This document shows, piece after piece, positions 19,070 through 28,188 of a stretch of 64,000 bases of DNA (its first letter is position 1; each line of letters starts with the position of its first letter). The stretch spans positions 32,001 through 96,000 of the forward strand of contig JBBRLI010000006.1 of NCBI GenBank assembly GCA_038231455.1, in the 5' to 3' direction. The DNA is from Vulcanimicrobiales bacterium. GTDB taxonomy: Bacteria > Vulcanimicrobiota > Vulcanimicrobiia > Vulcanimicrobiales > Vulcanimicrobiaceae. The notes beneath the pieces are model-generated. The model was not told the origin of the DNA. It did not search any database and saw only the letters and a list, made by a program, of their open reading frames with translations. The position numbers were made by a program, and so were the translations under genes.

Positions 19070-20446
19070 ATGGCAATTTCGGAACCCCTCAATTTTGCGC
19101 CGACCAGAGCCATGCTCGGCGCGGCACTGGACGAACTCGAGGAACTCGGTACGCAGAGCGGTAGCGCCGTCGCTCCGGCGAACCGCCGCAGCGCGCTCGA
19201 TGCGTATCTTGCCGCGCCTGCACAGCGCGCTACGCCGCCGACGTGGCGCCACGATTACGCGCGGTTGTCCTTTGCGGATCTCGCGTGGTCGACCGGTCGC
19301 ATGCGCGTGCCGACGCTTCCCCCGCAGCCCGCACGTCCTGCCGCTCCGCGTGAACTCGACGAGCAAGACGCGCCGGCGCTCGCGGTCGAGAACGCCGGGG
19401 GGCTGGTGCATCTCGGTAGCACCTACCTTGAACCGCAAGAGCGGCGCGGCGATGCGCGCGTCGCGATGCTCGCGCTCGCCGACGCAAAACGGCAGAAACC
19501 GGCCGCCGTCGCCGCGATTCACGGCACGATCGTTGCACCCGCGGTCGATCGATTTACCGCACTTGCGACGGCGTTTCAGAACTGCGGTGCGTTCGTTGAC
19601 ATCCCGGCGGGCGTGGTGCTCGATGCGCCGCTGCAACTCGTGTGGGCTTCGCGACCGGGTGAAGCGAGCGCCGTGTTCCCACACACGGTCGTGCGCGTGG
19701 GCGCGAATGCGCAGGCGACGATCATCGAGCGCTTCGTTGGTGAGACGGAAGCGTTCATCTCAGCAATCGTCGAGGTCGACCTCGAAGCGGGCGCGCGTTT
19801 GGATTACGTCGCGATCCAGCAAACCGATGAGGGCGCTCGCCTCGTGACGTATCGCGGTGCCCGCTGTGCCGAAGGGGCAACGATCGGCTGGCACGTCGCT
19901 GACTTAGGCGGTGCGCTCGCGCGCGACACGCTTATCGCCGACCTTGTTGCGCGGCGCGCGAGCGCCGAGATCAACGCGTTCTTTTTCGTTCGCGGGTTCG
20001 CGCACGCCGAGCTTACCGTGGCGTGTCGCCACGATGCTTCGGAGACGCAGTCGGCGACCGTCGTACGGAGCGCGGCGGCCGATCGTGGACACGGCCGTTT
20101 TACGGGCGAGATCGCGATCGCCGCGAGTACCCGGGGCGCCCGCGCGTCGATGCGCGACGATGCCTTGATCCTCTCGCGCGATGCGTATTTAGATGCAACG
20201 CCGGCACTGGAAATCGGGTCGAACGAAGCATCGGCGTACCACGCCGCAACGGTCGGTTCGCTCGATGAAGAAGCGCTTTTTTACGTCCAGTCGCGCGGCA
20301 TCCCACGCGGCATCGCCGAACGAATGATGTCGCTGGCCTTTTTCGAGGGGGCGATCGCCGGGTTTCCGGGCGAAGCGGTTCGCGACGAAGTCCGAACGGC
20401 GCTCGACGCCGCCCTCGATGCCATCCCGGAAACGTTCCTCACCTAG
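19070..20446 (+). CDS. sufD: SufD-family Fe-S cluster assembly protein
   Basis: C-terminal PALEI...HAATVGSLDEEALFYVQSRGI. Confidence 0.8.
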   Translation: MAISEPLNFAPTRAMLGAALDELEELGTQSGSAVAPANRRSALDAYLAAPAQRATPPTWRHDYARLSFADLAWSTGRMRVPTLPPQPARPAAPRELDEQDAPALAVENAGGLVHLGSTYLEPQERRGDARVAMLALADAKRQKPAAVAAIHGTIVAPAVDRFTALATAFQNCGAFVDIPAGVVLDAPLQLVWASRPGEASAVFPHTVVRVGANAQATIIERFVGETEAFISAIVEVDLEAGARLDYVAIQQTDEGARLVTYRGARCAEGATIGWHVADLGGALARDTLIADLVARRASAEINAFFFVRGFAHAELTVACRHDASETQSATVVRSAAADRGHGRFTGEIAIAASTRGARASMRDDALILSRDAYLDATPALEIGSNEASAYHAATVGSLDEEALFYVQSRGIPRGIAERMMSLAFFEGAIAGFPGEAVRDEVRTALDAALDAIPETFLT

Positions 20447-20455
20447 GAGTACCCG

Positions 20456-21499
20456 ATGGGCGTCGTTCTGAAAACCGAGCTCGATCCGCCGACCGTGAAG
20501 CGTCCGCCGGAGATCCTCAAAGCGCATTGGTATATCGCTGCCTGGAGCGATGAGGTCGGCCGCGAGCCGTTCGCGCGCCGCATCGCGGGCGAGCCGCTCG
20601 TGTTTTATCGAACGGAATCGGGTCAAGTCGCGGTGCTCGCAGACCGCTGTCCACACCGTCGCTTCCCGCTCTCGCGCGGGACGGTCGTCGGCGACAACCT
20701 GCAGTGCGGCTATCACGGCTTCACCTTCGAGTCCGGTGGCGGCTGCGTGAGCGTCCCGGGTCAAGAAAAAATTCCGGCCTCGGCACGCGTGCGCGCCTTT
20801 CCGGTCGTCGAACGCAGCGGCGTGATCTGGGTGTTTCCCGGCGACCCGGCGCGCGCCGATGTTGCGAAGATTCCCATAACTCCGTGGATAGCGGAGTGGA
20901 CGACGATTACCGGCTACGCGCACATCCGATCGCGCGCGACGCTCTTGATGGACAATTTGCTCGATCTCTCGCACGAGACGTATCTGCATCCATCGAGCAT
21001 CGGAACGAGCGACGTCGCGGAAACGCCGATTGCCGTCGAACAAGACGGTGACGTTTTGCACGTGCGCAAAGAAATGATCGCGGCTGAATGCCCGCCGTTC
21101 TATCGCAATTCAACCGGCATCACAACGAAGATCGATCGCACGCAGAATATCGACTATACGCCGCCCGGCTACTATCAACTCAACATCCGGGTCGCGCCGA
21201 CCGGTTCGGATGAACGAGGCTATCTGCTCAAAGTGATCTACGGACTCACGCCGGAGACGGCGACCACGACCCACGACTTTTGGGCGGTGTGTCGCGATTT
21301 CTCGCGCGATGACCTCGCGATGAGCGAGTCGCTCCGCAAGCAGCAAACCTTTGTGGTGCAAGAAGACGTCGATGCGCTCGACGCGCTCGAAGCCGCGATT
21401 ACCGCCGACGATTCAAATGCGCCCGAGGTGAGCATCGGCATCGACCGCGGTGGTCTTATGGCCCGTCGTATGATCGCCGCCCTGACGCGCGCGGAGTAG
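20456..21499 (+). CDS. Rieske non-heme iron oxygenase (vanillate O-demethylase-like)
   Basis: CPHR...CGYHG Rieske motif; DNLLDLSHETYLH iron motif. Confidence 0.92.
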   Translation: MGVVLKTELDPPTVKRPPEILKAHWYIAAWSDEVGREPFARRIAGEPLVFYRTESGQVAVLADRCPHRRFPLSRGTVVGDNLQCGYHGFTFESGGGCVSVPGQEKIPASARVRAFPVVERSGVIWVFPGDPARADVAKIPITPWIAEWTTITGYAHIRSRATLLMDNLLDLSHETYLHPSSIGTSDVAETPIAVEQDGDVLHVRKEMIAAECPPFYRNSTGITTKIDRTQNIDYTPPGYYQLNIRVAPTGSDERGYLLKVIYGLTPETATTTHDFWAVCRDFSRDDLAMSESLRKQQTFVVQEDVDALDALEAAITADDSNAPEVSIGIDRGGLMARRMIAALTRAE

Positions 21500-22616
21500 C
21501 CGGCGCTTTCACCGAACAGCGACGAGGGTTATGAGATTCACAGGGATCGAGCACGTGCAGATGCGCGAGCAGGTCGAACGCGCTGCCGTCTGCTTCGGTG
21601 ATATTATCTGAGGTGAGATGATAGATGCGGCGGCCGGTGATGTCGGTGTACCAGTAGCGCATATTCGCTGCGGCCCGCGCGCCGAGCGCATCGAACGTGC
21701 CCGCGACAATTGCGGGCGCTTGCGAGACGGGTGTCCACTCTACGTTTAAGGTGAACTGGTTTGCGTTGGTATCCTCGACATACGCGCCATAATCGTGCAG
21801 TGCGTAGAGCACGGTTTTCTGATCGTGCACCATGTTGCCTAAGCGATCGATCTGCGCGTGTGTGAGATCGAACCACAGATGCGCGCCGAGTGGAATGTCC
21901 TGCTCCGGCTGCGGGTCGTCGTGCCGACATCGCTGCTGAGCGTGGCCGAGCGCCGGATAGATCGACGTGTTCCCGCCGCACGGCGTCGAAACGGCGAGCG
22001 CGTGCCGAATTCCACCGGGGCCGCGTGCGAGTTCGGCAGCCGTAACCGCACCGCCGAAGAGCGATGCGCCAGCCGCATTGGCGATAATGGCGGGATGCCA
22101 ACCGTCACCGCTCGCGAGACTTTGGACGATGCCGCCAAAGCCAACCCGGTAGGTATGTCCGTCTTTCCAATCGCCACTCGTGCGGACCTCATACAGTTCG
22201 ACGGCGGCGCCGCTTGGCTGAATGCTTACCAGATGCGCATCGCCACGCCCGGCGCCTTGCGACATGGCTTTCGCCGGCATACGAATCGTGCGCCCCGCAA
22301 ACGGGCAAGCAAAATACGTCTCAAAGCAAGTCAGCCGCACGAGCGGATCTCTCACCGTCGTATGGTAAATCGGGATGCTCTCGTCGTGTGCGTTATCGTA
22401 AGGAACGCTCACACGCGGAGACCAAAAAAAGTTGCCGAGCCCTTGCGCGCGCAGCCAATCAATTTTCGTGCGGTCATTCGCAGCGAGTCGCGGCCAGGAG
22501 ATCAGGCGCGTATTCCACGGTGAGTGCCCTTGCACGAACGGTCGCGCGCTTGCAGGCAGCGCTATGCCGAGCGTGCACGCGAACGCCAGAATGACCCATC
22601 GGGCAAAAAATCCCAC
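21456..22616 (-). CDS. Secreted hypothetical protein
   Basis: Signal peptide (FFARWVILAFACTLGIALPASA); TACGAT 6 nt before GTG 22616; 3' end overlaps the Rieske gene. Confidence 0.7.
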   Translation of the reverse strand: MGFFARWVILAFACTLGIALPASARPFVQGHSPWNTRLISWPRLAANDRTKIDWLRAQGLGNFFWSPRVSVPYDNAHDESIPIYHTTVRDPLVRLTCFETYFACPFAGRTIRMPAKAMSQGAGRGDAHLVSIQPSGAAVELYEVRTSGDWKDGHTYRVGFGGIVQSLASGDGWHPAIIANAAGASLFGGAVTAAELARGPGGIRHALAVSTPCGGNTSIYPALGHAQQRCRHDDPQPEQDIPLGAHLWFDLTHAQIDRLGNMVHDQKTVLYALHDYGAYVEDTNANQFTLNVEWTPVSQAPAIVAGTFDALGARAAANMRYWYTDITGRRIYHLTSDNITEADGSAFDLLAHLHVLDPCESHNPRRCSVKAPATPRASGRRSYDGP

Positions 22617-22645
22617 GGCAGAATCGTACCCGCCAAGCGGCCGTA

Positions 22646-23374
22646 TTATCGGCCCAGGAGCGCAGCCCGACCGAGCGGCCAAAAGCGCACGAACGCATGA
22701 CCCGTGAACGAGGCGCGTTGCCCTTCGCGCGGGCCGCTGTGAAACGTCCCGCCGGTCTGCGCGAAGCCCCAGAGATGTGAATCATCCGAGCGGTTACGAT
22801 TGTCGCCGAGCATCAGGTAACAGCCATCGGGGATCCGATCGGGCGCCGACCATAGCGCGCGCGCTGGGAAGTTCGCACTTGCGGGATCGAGCGCAACGCC
22901 GTCGACGATAATGTGATAGTCTTTGATTGCGAGTTCGTAGTTCGGCTTTTCCGCAACGTACGGCTCGGCAAGCGCGAGCCCGTTGCGATAGACGATTCCA
23001 TTGTGAACGCGGATCGTGTCGCCCGGGACGCCGATCGTGCGTTTGATGAAATCATCGGTGCTTGGGATCGGCGGCACGAAGATCGCGATGTCGCCGGATT
23101 TTGGCGCGCCCAGGCGATACTCGAATTCATTGGCCATCAAGACATCGTGAATCTTGAGCGTCGGCACCATCGACTCGCTTGGGATGAAGAACGGCCGGAT
23201 CAGAAACGTGACGAGCACGAGCGCGACGAGACCCGCGACGATGAACGCATCGAGATACTCGCGGACGACGAGGCGCGTGCGCGCGGCCGGTAGCGTAATG
23301 CCCGGCCGCATGCTGATGCCGATCCGCACGAGCGAAAACGTAGCAACGAGTGCGAGTAACTCAAGCGGTGTCAA
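22646..23374 (-). CDS. lepB: Signal peptidase I
   Basis: IPSESMVPTL, FIKRTIGVPGD, LGDNRNRSDDSH. Confidence 0.95.
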   Translation of the reverse strand: MTPLELLALVATFSLVRIGISMRPGITLPAARTRLVVREYLDAFIVAGLVALVLVTFLIRPFFIPSESMVPTLKIHDVLMANEFEYRLGAPKSGDIAIFVPPIPSTDDFIKRTIGVPGDTIRVHNGIVYRNGLALAEPYVAEKPNYELAIKDYHIIVDGVALDPASANFPARALWSAPDRIPDGCYLMLGDNRNRSDDSHLWGFAQTGGTFHSGPREGQRASFTGHAFVRFWPLGRAALLGR

Positions 23375-23412
23375 AAAAAATCCCCCACGGTCGGCCGAAC
23401 CGACGTGGGGGA
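23373..23412 (-). terminator. Intrinsic terminator after pntB, abutting the lepB start
   Basis: Minus strand TCCCCCACGTCGG-TTCGG-CCGACCGTGGGGGA followed by T8. Confidence 0.75.
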
Positions 23413-23441
23413 CGTACTTCGCTTTTGAGGCGTGGTTTCAG

Positions 23442-24842
23442 CTAGAGCGCTTTGACCGCCGTCACAACCGCGTCGATCGACTTCTTTGCATCCCCAAAGA
23501 GCATTGCGGTTTTTGGATCGTCATAGAGCGGGTTGTCGATCCCGGCGAAGCCCGGCTTCATCGAACGTTTGAGGACGATGATGTTCGCTGCTTTGTCGAC
23601 ATCGAGAATCGGCATGCCGTAGATCGGCGAGGATTTATCACTTCGTGCCGCGGGGTTGGTCACGTCGTTTGCACCGATGATGAGCGCAACGTCGGTGCGC
23701 GAAAATTCGGGGTTGATTTCGTCCATGTCGTAGAGCGCTGGATACGGCACGTTCGCCTCGGCGAGAAGCACGTTCATATGACCCGGCATGCGACCGGCGA
23801 CGGGATGAATTGCGTATTTCACTTCGACGCCGCGCTTTTCCAGCTGGTCGGCGAGTTCGCGTACGCTGTGCTGTGCTTGCGCGACAGCCATACCGTAACC
23901 CGGCACGATGATCACTTGACTTGCATACGCGAGCATCGCGCCAACATCGTCCGCGGATAGTGAACGCACGTTTTGGCCTGCCGTGCTGGACGAGCCGCCC
24001 GTGGCGGTCTGCACGCTGCCGAACGCGCCGAAGAGGACGTTGGTGATGGAGCGATTCATCGCTTTGCCCATCATCAAGGTGAGCAGCGTGCCGGATGCAC
24101 CGACAAGCGCACCCGAGATGATGAGCACGTTGTTTGCGAGCACGAAACCCGTAAGCGCGGCGGCAAGCCCCGTAAACGAGTTGAGCAGCGAGACGATGAC
24201 CGGCATATCGGCGCCGCCGATCGGCAGCACGAAGAGGACGCCCAGCACCAGCGCCGCGACCAGCGCGACCCAGAACCACGTAGTGATGTTGAGGTTTGCG
24301 ATCACCATTGCTGCTGCGCCGAGTACGATGAGTAAGATCGCCGCGTTGACGACTTGCTGGCCCGGATAGACGATCGGACGGCCGGTCATCACTTCTTGTA
24401 ATTTGAGGAACGCGATGATGGAACCGGAGAAACTCAGCGCGCCGATGGCGCTCGTAAGGACGATGGTAAACGTTTGATCGAACGGTAGCCACGCGCCCGG
24501 ACTTGCATTCAGAAGTTTGAGCAGTTCGCCCGCAGCGACGAGAGCCGCCGCGCCGCCGCCCGCGCCGTTGAAGAGCGCGACCATCTGCGGCATCGCGGTC
24601 ATTTTCACGACGCGGCCGGAGTAGATTCCGATACTCGCGCCGATGACGACGCCGATGGCGAGCACCCACCACTGCACGATGCCTTGCGTGAGGACGGCGA
24701 TGAGTGCGACGAGCATGCCGAGTGCGGCTAAGCGATTTCCCAGGCGCGCCGTTTTCGGCGAGCTGAGATAGCGTAGTCCGAGAATGAAGAGAACGCCGGT
24801 GATGAGATAGGCGACGTTGACGGGACTCGCAGCGATCGCCAT
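23442..24842 (-). CDS. pntB: NAD(P) transhydrogenase beta subunit
   Basis: MTAMPQMVALFNG, IGGADMP, PGYGMAVAQAQ, HPVAGRMPGHMNVLLAEA. Confidence 0.97.
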   Translation of the reverse strand: MAIAASPVNVAYLITGVLFILGLRYLSSPKTARLGNRLAALGMLVALIAVLTQGIVQWWVLAIGVVIGASIGIYSGRVVKMTAMPQMVALFNGAGGGAAALVAAGELLKLLNASPGAWLPFDQTFTIVLTSAIGALSFSGSIIAFLKLQEVMTGRPIVYPGQQVVNAAILLIVLGAAAMVIANLNITTWFWVALVAALVLGVLFVLPIGGADMPVIVSLLNSFTGLAAALTGFVLANNVLIISGALVGASGTLLTLMMGKAMNRSITNVLFGAFGSVQTATGGSSSTAGQNVRSLSADDVGAMLAYASQVIIVPGYGMAVAQAQHSVRELADQLEKRGVEVKYAIHPVAGRMPGHMNVLLAEANVPYPALYDMDEINPEFSRTDVALIIGANDVTNPAARSDKSSPIYGMPILDVDKAANIIVLKRSMKPGFAGIDNPLYDDPKTAMLFGDAKKSIDAVVTAVKAL

Positions 24843-25151
24843 CTAGTCGGTCTCTTTCTTCGCAACGATCGGTCGCGGTTTGAACATTTCGAGCATGCGT
24901 TCGGTGACGGTGAAGCCGCCGAAGACGTTGAGCGATGCGAGGATCACAAGGATAACGCCGATGACGGCTTGGAAGGGCGCATCGAGCGTACCCGTCACGA
25001 GGATCGCGCCGACGAGGACGATTCCGTGAATGGCGTTGGTCGCCGACATCAGCGGCGTGTGCAAGGTAGAGGGGACTTTCGAGATCACTTCGATCCCGAC
25101 GAACACCGATAACACGAAGACGGTGAGTTCGGTAAGGAGCTGTTCGCTCAC
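24843..25151 (-). CDS. pntA: NAD(P) transhydrogenase alpha subunit, membrane part
   Basis: LHTPLMSATNAIHG, NVFGGFTVTERMLEMF. Confidence 0.95.
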   Translation of the reverse strand: MSEQLLTELTVFVLSVFVGIEVISKVPSTLHTPLMSATNAIHGIVLVGAILVTGTLDAPFQAVIGVILVILASLNVFGGFTVTERMLEMFKPRPIVAKKETD

Positions 25152-26287
25152 GCGCGGCCTCCGGTTAGGGCGGAAAGAGTGGGTTCGTGGACGATCTCGC
25201 CGTCTTTAACGATCGTCGTACCGCGCACGATTTCATCGGTCATGTCGAGGACGAGGACGCCGTCTTTAATGATGTAATCGAGCAGCGTCTGCACGTTGCG
25301 CGAGTACAACTGACTTGCGTGCGTGGCGACGGTCGAGGTGAGGTTCAGCGGACCCACGATGTTTACGCCGTTCGCACTCACGACGGTTTCGCCGGCTTTG
25401 GTGAGTTCGCAATTCCCACCGGTCTCGGCGGCGATGTCGATCACGACGCTGCCGGGCGCCATCGCCGCGACCGCTTGCGCGGTTACGAGAATCGGCGCTT
25501 TACGACCGGGGATCGCGGCTGTGGTAATCACGACGTCGGCGGCGCCGATCGCCTTCACCATACCGGCGCGCTGTTTTTCAACGGCTTCTGGCGAAAGCTC
25601 TTTTGCGTAGCCGCCCGTGCCTTCAGCCGATTCGCCGAGATCGATCTCGAGAAATTTTGCTCCGAGCGACTGCACTTGTTCTTTCACCGCTGCGCGCACA
25701 TCGTAGCCGATGACGACGGCGCCGAGGCGGCGCGCCGTTGCGATCGCTTGCAAACCGGCGACGCCCGCACCGAGCACGAGCACGTGCGCCGGTTTGATCG
25801 TCCCGGCAGCCGTGGTGAGCATGGGGAAATACTTCGCGAGCGTATCGGCTGCGAGAATCACGGCTTTATAGCCGGCGATATTTGCTTGCGAGGAGAGCGC
25901 GTCCATCGACTGGGCTTTGGTCGTACGCGGGATCGCATCCATACTGAGCGCCGTGAGTTTGCGCTTCGCGTACCGCTCGACTGAGGGCGCATCGCCGAGC
26001 GGCGCGAGGAAGCCCACGATCGTCGTGCCCGGGGCGAGGCCCTCGAGTTCGGCATCGGTGGGTTTGCCGACGCGCGCGACCAAGTCCGCGCCGCCGTAGA
26101 GCGCTCCGCCATCGACGATCGTCGCGCCGGCGGCTTCGTACGCGGCATCGGGATACGCGGCTTGGACGCCGGCTCCGCGTTCGACGACGACGGAAATCCC
26201 CGCTTTGACGAACTTCGCGACGGTTTCGGGGATCAGCGCGACGCGGCGTTCGCCGCTCGCGCGTTCTTTCGGAATGGCGATTTTCAC
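25148..26287 (-). CDS. pntA: NAD(P) transhydrogenase alpha subunit, NAD(H)-binding part
   Basis: GERRVALIPE, AQSMDALSSQANIAGY, GAGVAGLQAI, GGYAKE. Confidence 0.96.
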   Translation of the reverse strand: MKIAIPKERASGERRVALIPETVAKFVKAGISVVVERGAGVQAAYPDAAYEAAGATIVDGGALYGGADLVARVGKPTDAELEGLAPGTTIVGFLAPLGDAPSVERYAKRKLTALSMDAIPRTTKAQSMDALSSQANIAGYKAVILAADTLAKYFPMLTTAAGTIKPAHVLVLGAGVAGLQAIATARRLGAVVIGYDVRAAVKEQVQSLGAKFLEIDLGESAEGTGGYAKELSPEAVEKQRAGMVKAIGAADVVITTAAIPGRKAPILVTAQAVAAMAPGSVVIDIAAETGGNCELTKAGETVVSANGVNIVGPLNLTSTVATHASQLYSRNVQTLLDYIIKDGVLVLDMTDEIVRGTTIVKDGEIVHEPTLSALTGGRA

Positions 26288-26355
26288 GGGAGTTTACCTA
26301 CGGTGGCTTGAGGTTGTGCTACTAATCGTTCTCGACAACCATCGGACCTGCGATT

Positions 26356-26724
26356 CTAAAGGCCGAAGTAGATCGCGAGGGATGCAACGAGGCACCCAGC
26401 CCCCCCGACGATGTGCGTGAGATAGCTCTTCCGCGCGGCTGCGCCGCGTTCGCGATTGACGATCATCGCGTCGATAATCGCGATTACGGCAGAAAACGAG
26501 AGGGTGAAGAGAATCGCGAAGTGCGCTTTGCCAAGGACGAGCCCGAGCAGGATGAAGCCGAGGGCGAAATCTCGCACTCCAAGCGCTCGGACGAGTGCGA
26601 GCGCGAACGGTTCGGTCGACGGTAACCCGTATTGTTCGGACGAGGTCTTCGGTGCAACCAGTGCGGCGATCCCGATCGCGATAAACGCGATCGCCCCCAG
26701 AAGCGCAAGTGTCATGCCGATCAT
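26356..26724 (-). CDS. DUF4267-like membrane protein
   Basis: Four TM segments; YGLP, GVRD, conserved D and H. Confidence 0.7.
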   Translation of the reverse strand: MIGMTLALLGAIAFIAIGIAALVAPKTSSEQYGLPSTEPFALALVRALGVRDFALGFILLGLVLGKAHFAILFTLSFSAVIAIIDAMIVNRERGAAARKSYLTHIVGGAGCLVASLAIYFGL

Positions 26725-26778
26725 GCGGTAATTCCCATACGAAGAACCTTGGACGCCGCTGTGCGGTCGAACGATGCG

Positions 26779-26925
26779 ATGCGCGGCGTCAAGAAAGCAA
26801 ACTTACCGACCAAGAACTGCGCGCAATGCGGGTTATCTTTCACTTGGCGCAAAAAATGGACTTTGAACTGGGACGACGTTCGCTATTGCAGCGAGCGCTG
26901 CCGCCGGGCGAAGCCGCAGCGCTAG
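26779..26925 (+). CDS. DUF2256-like small protein (48 aa)
   Basis: [33 protein letters not shown]. Confidence 0.88.
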   Translation: MRGVKKANLPTKNCAQCGLSFTWRKKWTLNWDDVRYCSERCRRAKPQR

Positions 26926-26937
26926 CGCCACGCGGCG

Positions 26938-27117
26938 CTAGTCGTCCTTCTCGACGATCACGGCGGTTGCGATGTCGAAGTCGTGCCATTCGCCGCACTG
27001 ATCGCACCGGATCCGATTCTCGACACCAAGTTCGTCGAGCGCCTCGAGCGTGCGAATCCGCACGCGTGGTGAAGCGAGCTTGTTCGTGCGCGGACAGCGA
27101 ACCGTCAGGTACGGCAT
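26938..27117 (-). CDS. 59-aa putative zinc-ribbon protein (absent from ORF track)
   Basis: MPYLTVRCPRTNK...IRCDQCGEWHDFDIATAVIVEKDD; ATG directly follows the upstream TAA. Confidence 0.7.
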   Translation of the reverse strand: MPYLTVRCPRTNKLASPRVRIRTLEALDELGVENRIRCDQCGEWHDFDIATAVIVEKDD

Positions 27118-28080
27118 TTACACGGCGGCGATGAGGCGCTGCGCGGGCAGCGGACCGTATTTGATGAAGCCGTCGTAGATGAATTCGTTCTGAATGTCGA
27201 GCACGGTCGTGCGGTCGACGCGCAGATCCGCTTTGAAATCGTAGCGGTCGGCCTTCTTGATGAGGTCGATCGGTTGTTTTGTGTATTTGGCGTACGCTTC
27301 GAGATTCTCCGGATTGTAGTATCCCGCGCCGGCAATTTCAGCGGCGGCCTTGCGGAGCGCGCCCATCACGCCTTTGGCGACGGCCGCATCTTTGAACATC
27401 GAGGGCCCGAAGAAGATCCCCGTGCCCGCGATCCCCGAGTGAACGGAACCGATGATGTGCGCGAGTTTCTTCTCTTCAAATATCGACGTAAAGGGGGCGG
27501 AGAGGAATGCGCCGTCGATGGCTTTCTTCGTGAGCGCGACTTCCATGTCGGCGTTCGCAATATTGGTACCCTCGACATCGCTTAACTTGAGGCCGACTTC
27601 GCGTAAAATACGCGCCACGTAGTAGCTCGACGTCGCGCCGGCGCCGCCGATCCAACCGATTTTCTTGCCTTTGAGGTCTTTTGGCGACTTCATGCCGCTC
27701 TCGAAGAGATCTTCACGAATCATCAGCGCCGTTGGGTGACCTTTGGCGGGTTGGTAACCGGTCGATGCAACGAAGCGCACGTCGAGTCCGCGATTGACCG
27801 CATTATAAAACGATGCCGCGATGCCGGCAGCAATGAAATCGAGTTGGCCTTGCGCGGCGAGCACCAGTGCATCTTGGCCCGCGACGATCGGCGAGAGTTC
27901 GCAGTTAAAGCCGGCAGCGGTCAGGTAACCGCGTTCCTGCGCGACGAAGAGCGGCGCGAACAGCGTCGATGGGACGAATCCCACTTTGAGCGTCCGGCTC
28001 TGGGCGCGGACGATGGCCGGGGCTGCGACGAACGCGGCACTTCCGGCAAGTCCGGTGAGGAATCGGCTGCGTGTGGTCAA
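27118..28080 (-). CDS. ABC transporter substrate-binding protein (NitT/TauT/SsuA-like) with Tat-like signal
   Basis: TRSRFL signal; PLFVAQERGY; DLKGKKIG. Confidence 0.85.
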   Translation of the reverse strand: MTTRSRFLTGLAGSAAFVAAPAIVRAQSRTLKVGFVPSTLFAPLFVAQERGYLTAAGFNCELSPIVAGQDALVLAAQGQLDFIAAGIAASFYNAVNRGLDVRFVASTGYQPAKGHPTALMIREDLFESGMKSPKDLKGKKIGWIGGAGATSSYYVARILREVGLKLSDVEGTNIANADMEVALTKKAIDGAFLSAPFTSIFEEKKLAHIIGSVHSGIAGTGIFFGPSMFKDAAVAKGVMGALRKAAAEIAGAGYYNPENLEAYAKYTKQPIDLIKKADRYDFKADLRVDRTTVLDIQNEFIYDGFIKYGPLPAQRLIAAV

Positions 28081-28188
28081 GAGTGGCTCCTTTTACGTGG
28101 TGTTCGGTTCGTTCCGATGCTTCGCGGCAAGGTCCTCGATGGAGGCCTATCAGAAACGTTATCGGCAATTCGAAAGCGAGGGCCACCG

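Noticed and set aside
27736-28188. N-terminal extension of the 569-aa ORF
   Set aside because: Overlaps the opposite-strand transporter gene; oxygenase similarity starts near ATG 28189.
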